From a candidate division WOR-3 bacterium (GTDB taxonomy: Bacteria > Hydrothermota > Tepidihabitantia > Tepidihabitantales > Tepidihabitantaceae): 18,501 nt of DNA. Made by a program: the position numbers and the translations under genes. The stretch is from the NCBI GenBank assembly GCA_030612625.1, contig JAUWNN010000029.1, positions 1 to 18,501 of the forward strand, given 5' to 3'. Positions 13,844 through 18,501 of the stretch are shown here, piece by piece; the first letter of the stretch is position 1, and every line of letters begins with the position of its first letter. The notes beneath the pieces were generated by a model. It made no database searches. It was not told where the DNA came from and worked only from the letters and a program-made list of their open reading frames with translations.

Positions 13844-15241
13844 ATGTCCCTGATTTGCCTGATGTTGTGTTTAATCGGAGGCGGGCCGGAGCTGGTGCAC
13901 TCTGTTACTTACGACGGACCGGAAAGCCTTGAGGACAAATGCACCGGTATGGTTGTTGGCAAGGACGGCTCGGTTTATCTGACCGGTTACAGCATGGGCA
14001 GAGAAACCGATTTCGATTTCGCCACAGTTAAAGTGGATACGTCAGGCGGAATTGTGTGGGTGAGGCGCTATGGAGCGCCGCTCGGATGCGAGGACCGGCC
14101 GTGGTGCCTGGCGATGGATTCGGCCGGCCGAGTAATTGCCGCCGGCGGTTCGATTGCTGACTACAAACAAGGCTGGGACTATCTTGTGGTAAAGCATCAT
14201 CCCAACGGCGATACAGCCTGGCTGCGTCGGCTGGACTTCCCACACCATGCTGATGATAAGCCGGCTGGAGTTGCGATTGGTCCGGGCGATTACATTCTTG
14301 TGACCGGCCGGAGCCGCCGGCAGGATGACACCTTGCGCGGCCCAAGGGTGTCACCCTTGCGGCACTGGGACATTGCTACGGTCAAGTACACGCCGGAGGG
14401 CGAGACGGCTTGGACCCGGAGATTTGACAGCCCGGTACACAAGGATGATTTCGGCACCGGGGTCGCGGTTGACGCTCGCGGCAACTGCTATGTTGCGGGC
14501 CGGACAACAGTGAAGCCGGTCGGTACACACATTCTGCTATTGAAATACAGCCCTGAGGGTGAGCTCGTCTGGCAGCGCACACTGAGCGGTGAAGGTCCGG
14601 GTAACAGCATTGCCAATGGAGTCCTGCTCGATTGTGCCTTACGGCACTCTTCGCTACGCTCTGATACGGCTGGCCGCGCTTATCTGTTCGGTGCGGTCTA
14701 TAACAAAGGTTCGTCGTTTGATTACATCGCCGCCTGTTTCAGTTCAAGCGGCGAGAAAGTGTGGTCACACACCCATGACGGCGCGGGCAGCGTTGATATG
14801 GCCCAGGCCGCCTGCTTCGATTCGGAAGGCAACAGCGTAGTCACCGGCCAGTCAACAGGCAAGGGTTCGTCATTTGATATCCTGACCATCAAGTACTCAC
14901 CGCAGGGCGAAACAGTCTGGACACGGCGGTACAACGGGCCGGCGAATTCAGCAGACCGGGGCTGGTGCATCACTACCGACCTTGAGGGCAATATCATTAT
15001 CGGCGGCACTTCGACAGGTGTGACCGGATTTCCCGACCTGATTATGGTCTGCTACTCGAAGGCGGGTGAGACGCTCTGGACCTACACTTACTCGGGCGGG
15101 GGCTCGGGCGAAACAAGGCCGGTGGCCCTAAGATGGGATGAAAGGCCGGGAAAGCCTGGAAGGCTCCTGGTTGGCGGATTCGCTAAGACCCTCGAGACCG
15201 GCTTCGATTTTCTTCTGCTCTGGCTCGAGCCGGGCAACTGA
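13844..15241 (+). CDS. SBBP-type beta-propeller repeat protein (secreted, hypothetical)
   Basis: 465 aa with seven or eight tandem repeats of about 45-50 aa, pattern G.hYhTG...DhhThKY.P.G..hW.R.Y.G, as in the SBBP repeat (PF06739). Hydrophobic N-terminus. Confidence 0.7.
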   Translation: MSLICLMLCLIGGGPELVHSVTYDGPESLEDKCTGMVVGKDGSVYLTGYSMGRETDFDFATVKVDTSGGIVWVRRYGAPLGCEDRPWCLAMDSAGRVIAAGGSIADYKQGWDYLVVKHHPNGDTAWLRRLDFPHHADDKPAGVAIGPGDYILVTGRSRRQDDTLRGPRVSPLRHWDIATVKYTPEGETAWTRRFDSPVHKDDFGTGVAVDARGNCYVAGRTTVKPVGTHILLLKYSPEGELVWQRTLSGEGPGNSIANGVLLDCALRHSSLRSDTAGRAYLFGAVYNKGSSFDYIAACFSSSGEKVWSHTHDGAGSVDMAQAACFDSEGNSVVTGQSTGKGSSFDILTIKYSPQGETVWTRRYNGPANSADRGWCITTDLEGNIIIGGTSTGVTGFPDLIMVCYSKAGETLWTYTYSGGGSGETRPVALRWDERPGKPGRLLVGGFAKTLETGFDFLLLWLEPGN

Positions 15242-16041
15242 CTGCTGCGGCCCATAACCGTGTCGTGCTTCACATAGACTTTCACCGAGCACATAACTGC
15301 TGACCCGAACACCCCAATCCCGCCGGTCACGGTTGACGAACTGCCGCCGGATTGCATCCCGCTTCCCGGGCCGAATCCTCCGAAACCCACCCAGTCGAAG
15401 TAGTTGGTGTCCAGGGCCGCCAGGCGGAGAGTGTATTCACCTTCGGGCTGCTGGCCGAGAAAGAACAGGGGTAACCATGCCTCGAGGGAATCCCAGGGTA
15501 TACCCGGAATTGATTCGTTCGGGATGAGGATGGCGATGGAGAACGTGTCCCTTGGGGTTTCCCGTCTGACCGAAGTGTAGTAGCCTTTGCAGCCCTGACT
15601 TCTGGTCCAGACAAGCGAGTCGTCCATGGCCACCGTGTCACCGGGGTGCGGGGACAGGATTGAGAAAGTGTCGGGCACGACCGTGTGACCGTATACGGTG
15701 TCGAATCCGTCTTTCGCAACCCGCATGTAAAAGGTGTCAAACGGAGCGATGTCCAGCGAGTCCGGGCCCGAGTACCAATCGTCACTGACATAGGACAGAA
15801 TACAGGAATCCTGAGCCTGCCACAGGGACGCCTCGGCATCCGGGAAAGTGAAGCTGGATGGCTCGTCGATGGCGTATGTCCGGTTGATATGCGCTTCGGG
15901 TGTTTTGCGGCCGGTGAAGAGCAGGCAGTGGACGCAGATCTCGGGCTCGAACTGCTCAGACGGCGTCAATTCACACCGAGTGGTCGCAAGGAGCAGCAGC
16001 GCAAGTCCGGTGCAGACAAGTATTGCGGTGCGTTGAATCAG
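15088..16041 (-). CDS. hypothetical secreted protein (start uncertain)
   Basis: Signal-peptide-like LIQRTAILVCTGLALLLLATT begins right at the upstream gene's TGA. No ATG/GTG/TTG is available there (CTG/ATT only). The longest ORF (from 16209) overlaps the TonB-receptor gene by 170 nt. The 3-prime 154 nt overlap the convergent SBBP gene. Confidence 0.4.
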   Translation of the reverse strand: MIQRTAILVCTGLALLLLATTRCELTPSEQFEPEICVHCLLFTGRKTPEAHINRTYAIDEPSSFTFPDAEASLWQAQDSCILSYVSDDWYSGPDSLDIAPFDTFYMRVAKDGFDTVYGHTVVPDTFSILSPHPGDTVAMDDSLVWTRSQGCKGYYTSVRRETPRDTFSIAILIPNESIPGIPWDSLEAWLPLFFLGQQPEGEYTLRLAALDTNYFDWVGFGGFGPGSGMQSGGSSSTVTGGIGVFGSAVMCSVKVYVKHDTVMGRSSQLPGSSQSRRKSKPVSRVLANPPTRSLPGFPGLSSHLRATGLVSPEPPPE

Positions 16042-18272
16042 AACTTCACTTTCAGCCCGATTGAGGGCAGTATCGGCATCATCGGGATTTCCTCGCGTTC
16101 GGGGACGTCGCCTTCTTCGGTATCCCAGTAGTAGAGCAGGACGTTCCTGGCGTAGTAAAGGTTGGTCACGTCGAGGAATGCCGAGATTTCGCCCCAACTC
16201 AGGGTCCATGTTCTGCTCAGACCGGCGTCGAGCCGGTGGTAGAGCGGGTAGCGGAATGCGTCGCGCGGGCCTTGAATGAATCTCCAGGAGTACCGGGTTT
16301 CGTTTTCGCCCGGGATGTACTCGTATCTGGGGTAGTAGCCGATGTTGCCGGCATAGGGCAGGCCGGTCCCGAGCGTGAAGTTGGCCGAGAGGTCCATTCC
16401 CCAGAAAAGGCCGGGGAAGTTCGCGACCACGTTCAGGTTGTGCCGGCGGTCATAGTGGGGATGGTAAATCTCATCGCCGATGCTGCGGCGGGTCCACATA
16501 TACGAGTACCCGACCCAGCCGGTGACCCAGCCTTCGGTCTTGCGCAGCATCAGGTCACAACCGTACGAGTAGCCATCCGCGACAAGCAGGGAATCGGGCG
16601 CGGTGGCGAAATCGCCGTACCGGGCTTCGAGTAGGTTGGAGTAGTCCTTGTACCAAGCTTCGACCTCGATGATGGCATCATTACGCAGCCAGTGTTCGAC
16701 TCCGGCGATGCAATGGAGCGCGCTCGGAGTGCTGCGGCTGTCCGGCACCGGCACCCACATGTCGTAGATTGAGAATATCGCGTCGGTTGAGTTCAGGGTA
16801 ACCATTGGCTGAGTGTAGCGGCCGGCCGAAGCGTTGAACGCAGTATTCTTTCCTGGCTTGAACTTCAGTCCGAGTCTGGGTTCCAGTTCGTGTCGATTGC
16901 CGTTCGAATAGAAGCTGTAGCGCAGTCCGGGTTTGACAAAGAACCGGTCCGGGATGATTTCCCACTTGTCATCAACATAAGCGGCCAGGGGCCAGAGCGT
17001 ATCCTGTTCGGTGAGTGAGATGGTGTCGAACCTGGCGGTCATCTCTGTGCCGGTCATTTTCAGGTCCGCGCCCAGGGCCAGCGTGTGGCGGTCAGCAAGA
17101 TACCAGGTCAGGTCCGTTTTCAGGGTGAAGTCGGTAAGGTCGGTCGTCATCCGGGCGGTGTCGGTTTCGTTGAAGGCTACCCGGAAGTTCGAATAGAAGT
17201 TGCTCCAGGCACCGGTTGCTTCGCAGTAGAGAACCGGGGAGAGAATCAGGTTGGTCTGACCCGATACTCCGCGATTGCCCCAGACAAGCCGGGCATCGAG
17301 AGCATCGGGGTCGTCCGGGTCCCAGAATGTCAGCACATCCGCGGCCCCGAGCCCGGCGATGGTAATCCGGAAGTCATGGTTCACTTCGTAGTTCGTTTTG
17401 CCCATCAGGTCGTAGAAGTAGTAGCCCAGGCCTTCGGCTCCGAATGCGTTGAGGAGCGCGTCAGGCAGCCAGGTCCGGCGACCGGCTACCAGGAAAGAGC
17501 CGTGCGGGAGAGGGCCTTCGGCCAGGACTTCGCCCGCGAGCATCGACAGCGAGCCGTGGCCGGTATAGGTTTTGGAATTACCTTCCTTTGTGGTGATGTC
17601 CAGCACCGAGCTCAAGCGGCCGCCGTACTGAACCGGAAACCCGCCGGCCATGAGGGTCGCGTCCGCGATTGCCTCGGAGATGAAGGGGGAGTACATGCCG
17701 AACAGGTGGGACGGGTTGTAGACCGTGATGCCGTCCAGCAGTATCAGGTTCTGGTCCGGGCTGCCGCCGCGGATGTAGAGCCTGTTCGAGAAGTCGGAAG
17801 TGGCGATTACCCCGGGCAGGAGCTGGATTGCGCGGAACAGGTCCATTTCGCCGCCGACTTTGGGAATGGACAGGAGTTGCCTTGTGTCCAGCCGGGTGGT
17901 GGAAAGCTCCACTTCGCGCTCGAACCGGGCACGCTCCGCGCTGATAATAACCTCATCTACTTTGACTGAACCGGGGTCCAGGTTGATGTCAATGGTTGTG
18001 GTCGAATTGGTATTGACCCTGAGGTGGCGCCGCTCGGTTTGATACCCGACGTAGGACCCTACCAGTTCGTACTCGCCGGCCGGCACGCTGCTGAGGTAAT
18101 AGTATCCCCGGTCGTTTGACGCCGCGCCGTGGCTGGTGCCTTCGAGGTAGACATTGGCATAGGCCAGCGGCTCGCCGTTTGACGCATCGCGGACATAGCC
18201 GTTGATTGCACCGACTTGCGCCGGCGCAATACCGGCCAGGACAAGCGTCAGCAGGGCCGTTTTGTACAGCAT
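16038..18272 (-). CDS. TonB-dependent outer-membrane receptor with N-terminal carboxypeptidase-regulatory-like domain and plug domain
   Basis: 744 aa. Signal peptide MLYKTALLTLVLAGIAPAQVGA. GYVRDASNGEPLAYANVYLEGT (CarboxypepD_reg-like). Plug motifs (RLYIRGGSPDQNLILLDGITVYNP). C-terminal beta-barrel ending in aromatic ...KVKF. Confidence 0.85.
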   Translation of the reverse strand: MLYKTALLTLVLAGIAPAQVGAINGYVRDASNGEPLAYANVYLEGTSHGAASNDRGYYYLSSVPAGEYELVGSYVGYQTERRHLRVNTNSTTTIDINLDPGSVKVDEVIISAERARFEREVELSTTRLDTRQLLSIPKVGGEMDLFRAIQLLPGVIATSDFSNRLYIRGGSPDQNLILLDGITVYNPSHLFGMYSPFISEAIADATLMAGGFPVQYGGRLSSVLDITTKEGNSKTYTGHGSLSMLAGEVLAEGPLPHGSFLVAGRRTWLPDALLNAFGAEGLGYYFYDLMGKTNYEVNHDFRITIAGLGAADVLTFWDPDDPDALDARLVWGNRGVSGQTNLILSPVLYCEATGAWSNFYSNFRVAFNETDTARMTTDLTDFTLKTDLTWYLADRHTLALGADLKMTGTEMTARFDTISLTEQDTLWPLAAYVDDKWEIIPDRFFVKPGLRYSFYSNGNRHELEPRLGLKFKPGKNTAFNASAGRYTQPMVTLNSTDAIFSIYDMWVPVPDSRSTPSALHCIAGVEHWLRNDAIIEVEAWYKDYSNLLEARYGDFATAPDSLLVADGYSYGCDLMLRKTEGWVTGWVGYSYMWTRRSIGDEIYHPHYDRRHNLNVVANFPGLFWGMDLSANFTLGTGLPYAGNIGYYPRYEYIPGENETRYSWRFIQGPRDAFRYPLYHRLDAGLSRTWTLSWGEISAFLDVTNLYYARNVLLYYWDTEEGDVPEREEIPMMPILPSIGLKVKF

Positions 18273-18423
18273 CGAGAACTAAGTCTAGCGGTTCGGCACT
18301 GGAGTGCAATTCCTTCTGTGCGATAGAACACCAAGGCAGAAGAAGGAAACTCAAGTCAAAAGGCATAATGCAAAGTGCAAAAGGCAAAACCGCAGACCGA
18401 GCCACGAAGACAGGAAACGGCTG

Positions 18424-18496
18424 AACCGCAGATTACGCAGATTGCACAGATAGGGTCCGGAAAGGAATCTGCGTTCATCGGTATTCATCTGCGGTT
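18424..18496. promoter_or_regulatory. nested inverted repeats AACCGCAGAT ... ATCTGCGGTT with inner ACGCAGATTG / GAATCTGCGT, upstream of the TonB-dependent receptor gene
   Basis: 10-bp perfect inverted repeat at 18424-18433 / 18487-18496, with an inner pair around 18435-18444 / about 18460-18468. A further AACCGCAGA copy at about 18389. Confidence 0.4.
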
Positions 18497-18501
18497 ACTT
18501 C

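Noticed and set aside
15327-18405. ORFs 15327-15839(-), 15685-16131(+), 16236-16634(+), 17085-17969(+), 17800-18042(+), 17989-18405(-)
   Set aside because: Antisense or out-of-frame shadows of the secreted-protein and TonB-receptor genes.

Overview
High-GC (about 60%) bacterial segment, probably from an uncultured lineage. Promoters are sigma70-like with very short or absent leaders; some genes have strong Shine-Dalgarno sites. The right third (11.7-18.3 kb) looks like ordinary core genome: an SPFH/band-7 membrane protein, a lipoprotein-like ORF, tRNA-Asp(GTC), an SBBP-repeat beta-propeller protein, a secreted hypothetical and a TonB-dependent receptor. The middle is the interesting part. The last 45-57 nt of the SPFH gene, encoding ...(I)MPFDQKLTPLLNV(N)R*, recurs as two extra direct copies downstream of the gene (R3 at the gene end, then R2 and R1). 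These three copies bracket two small cassettes, both on the minus strand: (i) a restriction endonuclease-like gene plus a gamma-class N6-adenine methyltransferase, and (ii) a large XRE-family HTH protein. Each boundary also carries a conserved TTGACA-N16/17-TAGRAW promoter module. This looks like an integration or recombination hotspot at a gene 3-prime end that has been filled serially with defence cargo, with no integrase in the window. Immediately left of the oldest repeat is a tightly coupled four-gene minus-strand operon: a TM0106-family Cas4/RecB-like nuclease, a PD-(D/E)xK-like protein, a beta-CASP MBL-fold nuclease and a UDG-superfamily (GINPGL) glycosylase-like protein. I flag it as a candidate undescribed multi-nuclease/glycosylase defence or repair module. 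At the far left a class-B B12-binding radical SAM gene has about 15% lower GC than everything else, separated by a structured 530-nt GC-rich spacer. The 597-aa ORF in the track is a frame artefact; the real gene is 4698..5612.
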